Shown: positions 9,270 through 18,088 of the stretch, in pieces
Position numbering within the stretch: the first letter of the stretch is position 1
Layout of the letters: every line of letters begins with the position of its first letter
IMG/VR virus record: IMGVR_UViG_3300025769_015023
Span: 9,260 to 73,259 of that record
Direction: 5' to 3' (one strand)
Length of the DNA: 64,000 nucleotides
Source: a virus
Lineage: Duplodnaviria; Caudoviricetes
Program-made: the position numbers and the translations under genes
Notes under the pieces: generated by a model
Told to the model about the DNA's origin: nothing
Database searches by the model: none
The model's input: only the letters and a program-made list of their open reading frames with translations

Positions 9270-10625
9270 TTAAATATCTCCATCAGCGGCTCTGTAGGCG
9301 TCTTTAACTTTTCCGCCTCTTTTCATTTTTAAGAACATATTAACACGAGCCATAGCCCATTGACCTCTTGTTTTACCTGGTCTGTGGGATCTAGAAAAAG
9401 CACCAGCGCCTCTTCTGTAAACTTTCTTTAGCTGTGATAAGGTTACTTTTCTAGCGTATTTCGAATTGTGTTCTTTAACTTTATTTTTCAAAGATTGCGT
9501 AACTTGCTCTGAAAATTTTATAGAAGGACCGCTTTTAGCTGCGCTGCCTTTTTTATTTTTAGAAGAACCACTTCTTCTCTCGCTTGGTTTTGCAGGTGTT
9601 TGAGCAGCCGATTTGGGGCCGCTTCTTTTAGCTGAAAACAACTCAGAAAAATCTTCCTCTAGATGGCTTTTAGACTCAACCACATCATTAAAATCCATGA
9701 CCTGATTGTATTCATCGTAAGTCATTTCGTATTCCGCTTTAGATTGCTTTTTAAGAATCGCTTTCTGTAAGGCGGGGGGAAGTTTTTTTTGTTTTTCACT
9801 CAAACCTTTCTTGGAGGGTTCTTCTTCGTTTTTATCCTCGCTCTTTTCTTTTTTGTCGTCTTCAGGTTTTTTGCCTTGCTTTTTAAGAATAGCTTTTTGA
9901 AGCGCTGGGGGGAGTTTTTTTTGCTTATCTGTTAAAGCCGCATTGGAGTTATTGTAAACCATGTAATCATAAACAGCTTCTATAAAATGCTCTGACTTGG
10001 AAATTTTATCTTGAACCCAAGCCATCATGTTTGCTTCTGGCATTTCTTTTAACATCATGGCTAGCTGAGTAGACTGTCTAGCGATCTTCATCATCTGAGT
10101 AGCAGCCATGCTGACCTCGTGATCATCGTAGTCCTCCATATCGTAATCTGCTTTAGATTCAGAATCATGGCACTCGCATTCACAATCTGAGCCATCTTTG
10201 CAATCACATTTTTCACAATCGCATTCATTGGCCTGTGTAATTTCTTCCTCAACGAACGCTAAATCAGGATGATCTGCTAGTAACTGATCATGATCGAAAA
10301 AAGTTTGCCCATCCCAATCCTCAGAACCTTTAGTGTAATCAGTTACTGATTTTTTAGCCTCCCACATTTTACAAGACCAGTAACGAGCTTTTGTTTTTGG
10401 CCCTGCGTTATCGCAGTTGTGACGAGCTCTGAAATTTTTTCTACGTTCTGGATCATCCCTTTTAATTTCCATGTTAGGATCGCCAAAGTTGACCTTTATT
10501 ACATTACCTTTCTCGTTTTTTACATAAACAGAGAACTTTTTTGGGCCATTCGGAGTCCTGAATGGCTTATTCAGAGTCTTTTTTTCTTTAGCCTCTACGA
10601 TCTGGGATGAAAAGTCTACGTTCAT
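9270..10625 (-). CDS. Modular phage protein with internal repeats
   Basis: N-terminal KKFSVYV...VNFGDPNM...RKNFRARHNC...ARYWSCKMW module, Cys-rich linker, WVQDKI module, 2x KQKKLPPALQKAILKKQ, C-terminal LKKVYRRGAGAF...QWAMARVN module. Confidence 0.85.
   Translation of the reverse strand: MNVDFSSQIVEAKEKKTLNKPFRTPNGPKKFSVYVKNEKGNVIKVNFGDPNMEIKRDDPERRKNFRARHNCDNAGPKTKARYWSCKMWEAKKSVTDYTKGSEDWDGQTFFDHDQLLADHPDLAFVEEEITQANECDCEKCDCKDGSDCECECHDSESKADYDMEDYDDHEVSMAATQMMKIARQSTQLAMMLKEMPEANMMAWVQDKISKSEHFIEAVYDYMVYNNSNAALTDKQKKLPPALQKAILKKQGKKPEDDKKEKSEDKNEEEPSKKGLSEKQKKLPPALQKAILKKQSKAEYEMTYDEYNQVMDFNDVVESKSHLEEDFSELFSAKRSGPKSAAQTPAKPSERRSGSSKNKKGSAAKSGPSIKFSEQVTQSLKNKVKEHNSKYARKVTLSQLKKVYRRGAGAFSRSHRPGKTRGQWAMARVNMFLKMKRGGKVKDAYRAADGDI
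9744..9929 (-). repeat. Two ~54-bp in-frame repeats encoding KQKKLPPALQKAILKKQ
   Basis: Copies at about 9744-9797 and 9876-9929; identical peptide with synonymous nucleotide differences. Confidence 0.85.
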
Positions 10626-10630
10626 TTTTA

Positions 10631-10640
10631 TATATTACAC
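10631..10640 (-). promoter_or_regulatory. GTGTAATATA phage-specific promoter-like motif
   Basis: Lies 5 nt upstream of the ATG at 10625; one of at least 8 copies upstream of starts. Confidence 0.6.
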
Positions 10641-10656
10641 TTTTATTGTATCAAAA

Positions 10657-11106
10657 TTACCCTAAATAATCATTATCTTCAATGAAAATTATATTTTTTA
10701 TTAAATTAAATGTTATTTTAGGATCTTTATCAGTATTAATGATTAAATCTGGCTCTCCTAATTCAAAATCTTTTACGTGGAACTCTTTTCTGAGGTCTCT
10801 GCTAGTATTTAAGCATATTTCTATCACATTATCTAAATTATTGTTCTTTAGTTCGTCCCTTAGCTCTTTATAGGGGTTAACTAAGCATAGTATAATATCA
10901 TTATTTTGTTTTTTATTTAAATAAGTTGCAACAGCATTCGCATTTTTTATATTTTCTCTACGGCCTTCTTTGTTATAGCTAGAATTTGAGAACATGTCTC
11001 TAAAATCATCACCGTCTATAACAAATTCAGAGCCTAAAAATTTAGCCATCATTGTTCCGATAGTGGTTTTACCTGATGCTGGCTGTCCATATAAAAGATA
11101 AATCAT
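10657..11106 (-). CDS. cysC: Adenylyl-sulfate (APS) kinase-like
   Basis: GQPASGKTT P-loop, IDGDDFR, YNKEGRRENI and LVNPY are typical CysC motifs. Confidence 0.8.
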   Translation of the reverse strand: MIYLLYGQPASGKTTIGTMMAKFLGSEFVIDGDDFRDMFSNSSYNKEGRRENIKNANAVATYLNKKQNNDIILCLVNPYKELRDELKNNNLDNVIEICLNTSRDLRKEFHVKDFELGEPDLIINTDKDPKITFNLIKNIIFIEDNDYLG

Positions 11107-11127
11107 TGTAAACCTTAGCTAGTAGTT

Positions 11128-11283
11128 TTATTTGTTTAACAAATGCTCCATTAACTCTTCGATATCTTCCGCAGTGTATGGGTAGAAATGCCTACACTCC
11201 GCAGTTTGTGATCCGAGAACGAACCCCAAAATACCAAAAACCATAGCAGTTATGACTATCCATTCTTGATAAGTTGGCTTCAT
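11128..11283 (-). CDS. Small membrane protein (51 aa, not in ORF track)
   Basis: MKPTYQEWIVITAMVFGILGFVLGSQ...; ATGA overlap with upstream gene. Confidence 0.6.
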   Translation of the reverse strand: MKPTYQEWIVITAMVFGILGFVLGSQTAECRHFYPYTAEDIEELMEHLLNK

Positions 11284-11540
11284 TCTTCAATACCAAGTCT
11301 GACTCTTTCAGCAAGTCTCCAAATTCTTTCATCGAAACTGGTTTTAACCCTGTACATTAAATATATATGTTTTTTAAATTTTTGATATTTTATAGAATCT
11401 ATGGAGTAAAAATACTCTGAAACCAAAGACTCGTCATGAGGTGGATTGCACCAAGGGTCTTGGCCCATTTCTAACATAACTAACATAACATCTTCCCAAT
11501 AGTGTTCTATTTTTTCATCACATGGGCGATAGGGTTTCAT
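11280..11540 (-). CDS. Hypothetical protein
   Basis: 86-aa ORF in tight operon. Confidence 0.65.
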   Translation of the reverse strand: MKPYRPCDEKIEHYWEDVMLVMLEMGQDPWCNPPHDESLVSEYFYSIDSIKYQKFKKHIYLMYRVKTSFDERIWRLAERVRLGIEE

Positions 11541-11541
11541 T

Positions 11542-11874
11542 CTATGAGTTATGATAGGCTTTTGCTTCTTCGTAATCCGAGTAGTGACTTCTAGGCTGCT
11601 CAGTTTCCCTAAATCTAGGCGGCATATACCTTGTGTAAAAATCTCTTTGTTTTTTACAGGTAAGATGCTCGTAAGTTTCGGTACGGGGGCGAATGTGTTT
11701 ATCTAAGAATATCTGTCTTTCTTGGCATTTTGCATGATCTTCTTCTGCCTTAATGTACTGTTCGTAAATCTCAAAGATCTTATTAACGCGAGGTCTGTTA
11801 GGTGAAACCCACCACGTTAACCGAAATAAAATTTTAAATAAAAATAATCTCACTTTACTTTCTCCCATACCCAC
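11542..11874 (-). CDS. Hypothetical protein
   Basis: 110-aa ORF in tight operon. Confidence 0.65.
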   Translation of the reverse strand: MGMGESKVRLFLFKILFRLTWWVSPNRPRVNKIFEIYEQYIKAEEDHAKCQERQIFLDKHIRPRTETYEHLTCKKQRDFYTRYMPPRFRETEQPRSHYSDYEEAKAYHNS

Positions 11875-12971
11875 ATAGGTTCTGCAAACTTACCAGCCTT
11901 TTTATTAAATGCTTTTGAGTTAGGTCTTTTTCTCATTTGATATCCAATACAACCATAATATCTCGAATCATTAAAAGAATCAAGAAAATCGTTCATTGGG
12001 TCGCATATTTTATTCACAGTGTGTTTTGCGTAAACATCGCTTATATTTAATACTAACTTACCGCCAATCTCTAGGCTTTGCCATGCATTATGTAATGACT
12101 TGAAAAGAAAATTCTCCAGCCAATCGTTAAGTTTTTTATATTTTTTCCAAGATTGACTGTCTTCTTGAGTATATCTTTCTAAAGTATAGTAAGGTGGAGA
12201 AGTAAATACAAGGTCAAATTTTTTAGATTTCAAGCATACGTCTTCAGCGCAATTATTCAGAAGCTCTATACTCTTATTTTTTACAGATAGGTGATTGATT
12301 AGATCGTAATATTTAGGAAATAGATTAGAGTTGGGGTCTATGCCAACGTAGCTAGAAGCATCACTAGCTAGAAACCCGCAAAGTCTATCGCCCCATCCTG
12401 AGCTAAAATCTAAAACATTCTTGGCATTAAAATAATTATACACCGCTTTTGCTGCGGACGGTCTGAATTGACTTGCTATATATTTTCTTAGAGCTATGCA
12501 ATTTCTTAATATTTTAGAATTTACTTCTTTATATTTTAAACTCCAGAGTGCATTAAGCATCGTAAGTCTAAATTTTTCTATCGTCCAAGTTCTGTAGGGG
12601 CTCGGCGCTGTGATGCTGTCGCATTTCCATCTTTCTTCCTGAAGAAAAAAGTCTGAGGTTTTGCTTCCCGTATTATTGCAAGATACTAGTAAGTCTGTGA
12701 AAAAATACTTAGATTTATAATCATAACGAGTAAACCATTTTTCTTTTAAAATTAAATTTTCGTTTTGTAATAATCTTAATTTATGAAACTCTGATCGCAC
12801 TTCATCTAATCTTATTTCGCGCATAGGCATATTCAAATCATGAATGCGAATTGCGTCTGAGATCATAATTTTTATGTCTTCTAAATCATAAACATTATTT
12901 AAATAGTCCCACTCTTGGGGGAGTATTAAAAGCTCTCCGTCTTTAATTGTAAGAGGGTTTTTAGAAAGCAT
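11850..12971 (-). CDS. DNA amino-methyltransferase (N4-C/N6-A type)
   Basis: VLDFSSGWGDR SAM-binding motif followed by FTSPPYY catalytic motif. Confidence 0.85.
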   Translation of the reverse strand: MLSKNPLTIKDGELLILPQEWDYLNNVYDLEDIKIMISDAIRIHDLNMPMREIRLDEVRSEFHKLRLLQNENLILKEKWFTRYDYKSKYFFTDLLVSCNNTGSKTSDFFLQEERWKCDSITAPSPYRTWTIEKFRLTMLNALWSLKYKEVNSKILRNCIALRKYIASQFRPSAAKAVYNYFNAKNVLDFSSGWGDRLCGFLASDASSYVGIDPNSNLFPKYYDLINHLSVKNKSIELLNNCAEDVCLKSKKFDLVFTSPPYYTLERYTQEDSQSWKKYKKLNDWLENFLFKSLHNAWQSLEIGGKLVLNISDVYAKHTVNKICDPMNDFLDSFNDSRYYGCIGYQMRKRPNSKAFNKKAGKFAEPMWVWEKVK

Positions 12972-13018
12972 TATTTTAGAGATAATACTATTAATATTTT
13001 TTCATATCAAGAAAATTA

Positions 13019-13720
13019 TTATTGTATCAACGTTCCCTTTATATCTGTATACATATAGCTTGCATGAAGATGAGGCATTCTATTCATTATTCTGACTTTC
13101 ATTTTATAGTCTCCTAACTTCATAACCTCTTCGATATTTCTGGTGCTTACTAAATTGGAGGTATCGATAGGCGAACCGAATGCGCTATCTACGACGTTCA
13201 AATCTGATGTGTTTTGATTAGTTGAATTTACCTCGCCTTTAATGAAGTAGTTACCATACATTTCCGAAAACAAAAGAAGATCAAGTGGGTTGTAGCGTCT
13301 TACTCCAGATTTATTACTATGCTGATTAGGCTGATCTTTTAAGAATACTAGTTCATTAGTATCTGGATTCGTATACGATCTATTCATAAGCATACTCTCT
13401 ATAACAAATGGCTGATTGGCACTCAGCCCAACCCTGCCGTTAGAGGTATAAGGATAAACCCAAAAAGTGTCTGTAGTGCTGACTTTTTTACCAGAAATAG
13501 TAACAGACCCAATTTCTGTAACCAAGTAAGGAGTACCTAAAGTATAAGATTTAGAAGTATTAGAATTACTGTCGAAACCTTTCTGTCTAGCTTTATTGCT
13601 ATCAGGGTTTGGTACAAACTCATACGGTTTTACAACTGGGTTCCATAAAAACCTAGAAATCCCTTGACCGTTAAGATCGGTTAGTCCAGTTAATAATATT
13701 AAAATTATTAATAATCTCAT
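13019..13720 (-). CDS. Hypothetical exported protein
   Basis: N-terminal signal-like MRLLIILILLTGL; 233 aa. Confidence 0.7.
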   Translation of the reverse strand: MRLLIILILLTGLTDLNGQGISRFLWNPVVKPYEFVPNPDSNKARQKGFDSNSNTSKSYTLGTPYLVTEIGSVTISGKKVSTTDTFWVYPYTSNGRVGLSANQPFVIESMLMNRSYTNPDTNELVFLKDQPNQHSNKSGVRRYNPLDLLLFSEMYGNYFIKGEVNSTNQNTSDLNVVDSAFGSPIDTSNLVSTRNIEEVMKLGDYKMKVRIMNRMPHLHASYMYTDIKGTLIQ

Positions 13721-13738
13721 CGTCCATCATCACCTATA

Positions 13739-13915
13739 TCAAATTCTTTCATGAATTTTAAGTAATAAATAAATATTAATTCCGAAACTAATAAAAGAAA
13801 TACAGCCTAGAAGGGTAAACTTTTTATTTATATTTTCTATCTCACAATCGAACTCTTCGGCGTCAATGTCCCATTTTTTAAGTTTTTTGGGCTGACTATA
13901 CAAACGGTTCGACAT
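13739..13915 (-). CDS. Small membrane protein (58 aa, not in ORF track)
   Basis: MSNRLYSQPKKLKKWDID...FTLLGCISFISFGINIYLLLKIHERI*; preceded by GGTGTAATAC motif at 13921-13930. Confidence 0.6.
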   Translation of the reverse strand: MSNRLYSQPKKLKKWDIDAEEFDCEIENINKKFTLLGCISFISFGINIYLLLKIHERI

Positions 13916-13956
13916 ATCTAGTATTACACCAAATGAATGAATATTTGAAATAAAAT

Positions 13957-14361
13957 TTATCTACTAATTCTATGACTATCGCTATCTCTGTGGAAGGTGC
14001 TGACCTCTATGAATTCAACGTCTCCATCATAGGCTATGAGTTGATGCGGCTGGCCTCTGTCTATCTCAAGAGTGTCTCCTTCACTTAGAATTCGCGTAAC
14101 TTTAACGCCGTCAATAGTGCAAATTAAATCTACTTGAAGTTGACCTTTTGTGATATAAAAAGTTTCATGTTTTTGTAGATGAAAATGTAAAGACGTGCTA
14201 TATCCTTGATATATTTGTAAAATTTTACCGCAGTAATCTTCCAACGAGTTATTAGCAATCCATATCTCTCGGCCCCAGTCTTTTTCGACGATCTTAGCCT
14301 TAGCTAGCTTTTCAGCTTTACGCTGTCCTTCTCTCCAAATTTCGCCTCCGCTTTTTTTCAT
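13957..14361 (-). CDS. Cupin (sugar isomerase/M6P-isomerase-like)
   Basis: VEKDWGREIW, SLHFHLQKHETFY and PHQL are cupin motifs 1 and 2. Confidence 0.8.
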   Translation of the reverse strand: MKKSGGEIWREGQRKAEKLAKAKIVEKDWGREIWIANNSLEDYCGKILQIYQGYSTSLHFHLQKHETFYITKGQLQVDLICTIDGVKVTRILSEGDTLEIDRGQPHQLIAYDGDVEFIEVSTFHRDSDSHRISR

Positions 14362-15021
14362 TTTTTATTCTCCAAATTTGTAACCGAAGTACTCAATGTC
14401 TTTTGCGTATTTTTCCGCAACGATATCGCGTGTTTCATCATCGTAGTATTCGGTGTAGTCTTTGTGTTCGCTTTTGTTTATGTGTGGAATTTTTTGTCGT
14501 GGAATGCCAATTTTGTCAGAGACAATGTTAACGTCTTCTTGAAAGTTTTCAACCCTGATCAGATGATCCACAATTACTTCATCATTTCTTACCAAATGTC
14601 TATATAATGGAGTCACATGCCATTTCACCACGGGACAAGATATATTATCGTGCTTTATTGCGTTAACATAACCAATGAAAGTGAGGCGTTCTGCTCTTTC
14701 CTTTTCCCAAAGAGCTTTCATGCGTCTCAAACCGCCTTTGTGGTAGGCGGACACAACTCTTGCCCACGGATTTCTAATTGAACTAAAAGAAAAATCAAAT
14801 TTATTCAAATCAAAGGACTTGTATATTGGTCTATTTGAGTTGAAATTTATATTATCCTCATTGCCATTAGCCCAATAACCTTGAGTTACTCCTCCCATTT
14901 TTTGTGCAGTCTTAAAGTGTTTAACGATTGAGCTTGAGCCGCATTTAGGCATTCTAATATATAAAATTTTTATTTTTTATTCTCCAAATTTGTAACCGAA
15001 GTACTCAATGTCTTTTGCGTA
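14360..15021. repeat. 50-bp perfect direct repeat (14360-14409 and 14972-15021)
   Basis: Identical attttttattctccaaatttgtaaccgaagtactcaatgtcttttgcgta covers the 3' ends of two sulfotransferase genes. Confidence 0.9.
14365..14973 (-). CDS. Sulfotransferase family 2 protein (probable ATA start)
   Basis: (I)KILYIRMPKCGSSS PSB loop, SIRNPWARVVSAY, IRVENFQED; the motif extends upstream of the tracked Met at 14952. Confidence 0.85.
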   Translation of the reverse strand: MKILYIRMPKCGSSSIVKHFKTAQKMGGVTQGYWANGNEDNINFNSNRPIYKSFDLNKFDFSFSSIRNPWARVVSAYHKGGLRRMKALWEKERAERLTFIGYVNAIKHDNISCPVVKWHVTPLYRHLVRNDEVIVDHLIRVENFQEDVNIVSDKIGIPRQKIPHINKSEHKDYTEYYDDETRDIVAEKYAKDIEYFGYKFGE

Positions 15022-15600
15022 ATTTTTAGCAACGATTTCGCGTGATTCGTCATCATAGTACTCGCTATAGTGTTTATGGTTAGTTTTATTTATATGCGGA
15101 AGCGTTTGTCGTTGAATCCATATTTTATCACAAACGGTATTAAAATCTTCTTGTAGGTTTTCGTATCTTCCAATAAAATCTATGTTATCATTAAGCCAAT
15201 ATAATTGGCCTTGATTATCGTGGTAACATTCGTTAAGGCATGAGGAATTTGATTTGATAAAAGCTTTGAACCCCTTCTCTTTAATATCGCGTCCATAATC
15301 TTTTCTTGTTTGTAGTTTAGTATTTTGAGTCCACCAGCTAAAACAGGAAACCATTAAATCCCACGGGTTTCTAACAAAAGCAAAGCAAAAAAAGTTTTGA
15401 TATTTCTCATCTAATTCATGCATCCTAGAATGCTTGATCGTCCATTCTAATGGATTTTTGACGTAATTTTGATGACGTTCGATTCTTTCTGGTAAACGAT
15501 TGAAAGCTTCACCTTGAGATAATAAAGCCGATGCAAGGCTAGTGCCTCCAGTTTTAGGTATATGTATAAATGTTGTTTCGTATTGTTCGCTTACTAACAT
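14977..15600 (-). CDS. Sulfotransferase family 2 protein
   Basis: FIHIPKTGGTS, FVRNPWDLMVS, FIGRYENLQEDF. Confidence 0.9.
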   Translation of the reverse strand: MLVSEQYETTFIHIPKTGGTSLASALLSQGEAFNRLPERIERHQNYVKNPLEWTIKHSRMHELDEKYQNFFCFAFVRNPWDLMVSCFSWWTQNTKLQTRKDYGRDIKEKGFKAFIKSNSSCLNECYHDNQGQLYWLNDNIDFIGRYENLQEDFNTVCDKIWIQRQTLPHINKTNHKHYSEYYDDESREIVAKNYAKDIEYFGYKFGE

Positions 15601-15626
15601 TATAAAAAATACCTTTTCAACTACTA

Positions 15627-15950
15627 TTATTTAGAGTTTTTTAAATCAAAAAGCTCGTCTCTTAATTTCGAATTTTCTTTACTCCAATAATCATTTATTG
15701 CATCAACTTGCTTTTCAAGCATTATTGAAAAATTCTTTTGAGCGAGATACATAGCCTTCCAATGATCTATCGCCATGCTTTTATTGATAGAATTAACTAT
15801 ATGCTTCTGTGATATCTCTTCACTTCTGTGTATTGAGGCTTGTATTTCTCTATCCCACTTGTAATGATAGTAGTGGCCTAAATAGCACATCCCAAGGCAA
15901 ATCAAGCCAAGGAAAACAAAGAATCGTTCTTGTATTGTATAGTTTTTCAT
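15627..15950 (-). CDS. Membrane-anchored coiled-coil protein
   Basis: N-terminal TM (FFVFLGLICLGMCYLG) followed by heptad-like C-terminus. Confidence 0.7.
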   Translation of the reverse strand: MKNYTIQERFFVFLGLICLGMCYLGHYYHYKWDREIQASIHRSEEISQKHIVNSINKSMAIDHWKAMYLAQKNFSIMLEKQVDAINDYWSKENSKLRDELFDLKNSK

Positions 15951-15951
15951 T

Positions 15952-16332
15952 TTATCCAGCCAAAGCTCCTAATATCATAATGAAAATAAGCCCAAGGATT
16001 CCTAATCCAGAAATAACTAAAGTAGCTATTGCCGTGCTTATTTTTTTTACGTTCTTGTCTTTGATAATTGCAATTGCAGCAACTACAGCGCTCACCAGTG
16101 CTCCAAAGCCACCAAGAAGCATAACCATACCGATTTTCCCAGCAGTTGCATCATCAATCTGAGTTTCAACTCCAGTTGCTTGTGCAGTTTGCGCTGCTTG
16201 AACTCCCAGTGATACAGCTTTAAAAAAGCCGTAAAAAGATATTAATCCTGAGATCAAAGTTCCAACCAAAGACACAATACCAATGGTGCTGTGTTCGGTT
16301 GCTTCTTGTGTGGGGGTTATGTTATTTTGCAT
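15952..16332 (-). CDS. Three-helix membrane protein
   Basis: Three hydrophobic Gly/Ala-rich segments in 126 aa. Confidence 0.75.
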   Translation of the reverse strand: MQNNITPTQEATEHSTIGIVSLVGTLISGLISFYGFFKAVSLGVQAAQTAQATGVETQIDDATAGKIGMVMLLGGFGALVSAVVAAIAIIKDKNVKKISTAIATLVISGLGILGLIFIMILGALAG

Positions 16333-16338
16333 TGTATT

Positions 16339-16548
16339 TTAATTCAGTAACCTTGCTATCTCTTTAGCTAGACTGACTCTCATGGTGCTAGACTTTAAAT
16401 CAAAATGTTGATTGTCTTCTAGGGTCTGTAATATTTTTTTCACTTTAATCTCTGGCTCTTTTTTATCATAGATTTCTTCCAGAGTATCTTTTGTTATCAA
16501 TTTTTTTTCGTAACATCTGTGGTATAAACCTTTTATCTTATCACTCAT
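16339..16548 (-). CDS. Hypothetical protein
   Basis: 69 aa, TAATG-coupled to upstream gene. Confidence 0.65.
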   Translation of the reverse strand: MSDKIKGLYHRCYEKKLITKDTLEEIYDKKEPEIKVKKILQTLEDNQHFDLKSSTMRVSLAKEIARLLN

Positions 16549-17486
16549 TAAAGTCTTGTTCTTATATGATCTCTTGTTATTTGAAAAAGTTTACTCTTAT
16601 CGCCGTTGAGTCTCGCGTCAACCCATTCAGCATTATACAGTACTCTGTTATTTAACAATTTCATTCCTTCTTTTAATACAGGGCAAAGCTTGTAGTTTTT
16701 TAAGCACGGAAAAAAATCTAAAAATTTTTTAAACCTTATTTTCAGGGAAACTTCTTTTAATTTTTCTATCTTCTTTTTAGAATTGATAGACTTGTCAATC
16801 TTATGAAGATTTCTTTGTAAGATCTCGGAGATGGCTGACTCGATGTCTTTTGAGTGCAGTTTTATGAATTTAGGCTTGTACTTGCGTACTATCTTACCTC
16901 TTTTAGCGCAGGTAGGTTTTTCTTTTAAGGACTTAGAATCCCAGACTTTTCTACCGTCTCCCTTCCATCGGGGGGATTTTTTGTTATTTCTAGACCCCTT
17001 TCGCCACTCTGTGCCAATTGTTTTTTGACGTTGAGCGGTGATATAATAAAAAAATGTATTATTTTGTTTATAAAGAAAAGGTATTCCGTTTACTTTTTTG
17101 ACTGGATATCTATGTCTTTTTAATGTTATAAACTGAGTTATTCTTCCTATTTTTTCGCCAGCCTTTTCTTGCTCCGACTTGGTTGCTAATCTTAGGATGC
17201 CTTTAGATTGGCTTAGTATTCTTTCACAGTCTTCTTTTAACAAATAATTATTCTGGTCTAGTTTTGTATTAAGCCCACCGTAATAATTACATTCTTTATT
17301 TGGGTCCGAAACTTTAAGAACCATTCTTGCCTTGCCTTCCATTTCATTACGGGCAACTCTGTCGTAAAACCATTTCTTAGCGGATTTTACAGCAAGAAGT
17401 CTGGTGAGGGCTGTAACCTCTCTAACTTGTTTGTTTTTGTAGAATACCTTATATGTAGTAAAAGTATTCTCTTCTTCACCATTCAT
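16548..17486 (-). CDS. Highly basic hypothetical protein (putative nucleic-acid binding)
   Basis: 312 aa, Lys/Arg-rich; preceded by TTGAAC-N17-TATCAT. Confidence 0.75.
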   Translation of the reverse strand: MNGEEENTFTTYKVFYKNKQVREVTALTRLLAVKSAKKWFYDRVARNEMEGKARMVLKVSDPNKECNYYGGLNTKLDQNNYLLKEDCERILSQSKGILRLATKSEQEKAGEKIGRITQFITLKRHRYPVKKVNGIPFLYKQNNTFFYYITAQRQKTIGTEWRKGSRNNKKSPRWKGDGRKVWDSKSLKEKPTCAKRGKIVRKYKPKFIKLHSKDIESAISEILQRNLHKIDKSINSKKKIEKLKEVSLKIRFKKFLDFFPCLKNYKLCPVLKEGMKLLNNRVLYNAEWVDARLNGDKSKLFQITRDHIRTRL

Positions 17487-17493
17487 AATATGA

Positions 17494-17522
17494 ATGATAA
17501 TATTTTTCTAGATCTAGTTCAA
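17494..17522 (-). promoter_or_regulatory. Sigma70-like promoter with spacer box
   Basis: TTGAAC-N6-TAGAAAA-N4-TATCAT on the minus strand. Confidence 0.55.
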
Positions 17523-17753
17523 GTCTTTAATTTCAGACTTTAGGATTTTAAGGTGATGTACTATAAAACTATCGCCCTGTGCTTGAGATCCTTTATTTGC
17601 ATATAACATTGCTTTCTTATAATTAAGATCTTCTAGCTCTGCTCTTTCTATGATTTGATCTAAAAGCTGCGTAATATTTTCTTTTTTACTTTTCATGAGT
17701 ACTCCTTTAGCAAAATTTTTATAGTATCTTCTGGGCCTGTTACTTTTTGACAC
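17514..17753 (-). CDS. Hypothetical protein
   Basis: 79 aa; likely start at the internal MKSKKEN. Confidence 0.6.
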   Translation of the reverse strand: MSKSNRPRRYYKNFAKGVLMKSKKENITQLLDQIIERAELEDLNYKKAMLYANKGSQAQGDSFIVHHLKILKSEIKDLN

Positions 17754-18088
17754 ACGCCGTCTTTATTTTTAATTAAATTTAAATAAGCTTCATAATCATT
17801 TTCGTTCTTAAAAACCTTATCTCCAAAGTATATAATTTTACTTTTAATAATATCTTCTTTAGACTCCTCAAGAACGTTGCCTATTGATGAAAATACTCCA
17901 ATTGCACGAGAACAGATGCTGTGAGGGACTTGCTTTCTTATCTCCGTGGAGTCATTACCTCCGACTAAATAAAACTTTTTATCCGCACACCAGCTTAAAA
18001 AAAAATACATAAAATCCGTAGTCATTGATTTTAATGGCGGCGTAAGAGTGCCGTCTACATTAAATAAAAATACCTTATCTTTTATCAT
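17693..18088 (-). CDS. Truncated HAD / eukaryote-type phosphomannomutase-like protein
   Basis: MIKDKVFLFNVDGTLTPP (motif I with D->N), YLVGGND, IIYFGDK...NDYE (motif IV); cap region missing; start taken at 18088 rather than tracked 18235. Confidence 0.6.
   Translation of the reverse strand: MIKDKVFLFNVDGTLTPPLKSMTTDFMYFFLSWCADKKFYLVGGNDSTEIRKQVPHSICSRAIGVFSSIGNVLEESKEDIIKSKIIYFGDKVFKNENDYEAYLNLIKNKDGVCQKVTGPEDTIKILLKEYS

Noticed and set aside
4881-14976. Genome-wide stop-codon reassignment (two frames continue after TAA)
   Set aside because: TAA, TAG and TGA all terminate well-conserved genes at expected lengths and coding density is already near complete in code 11
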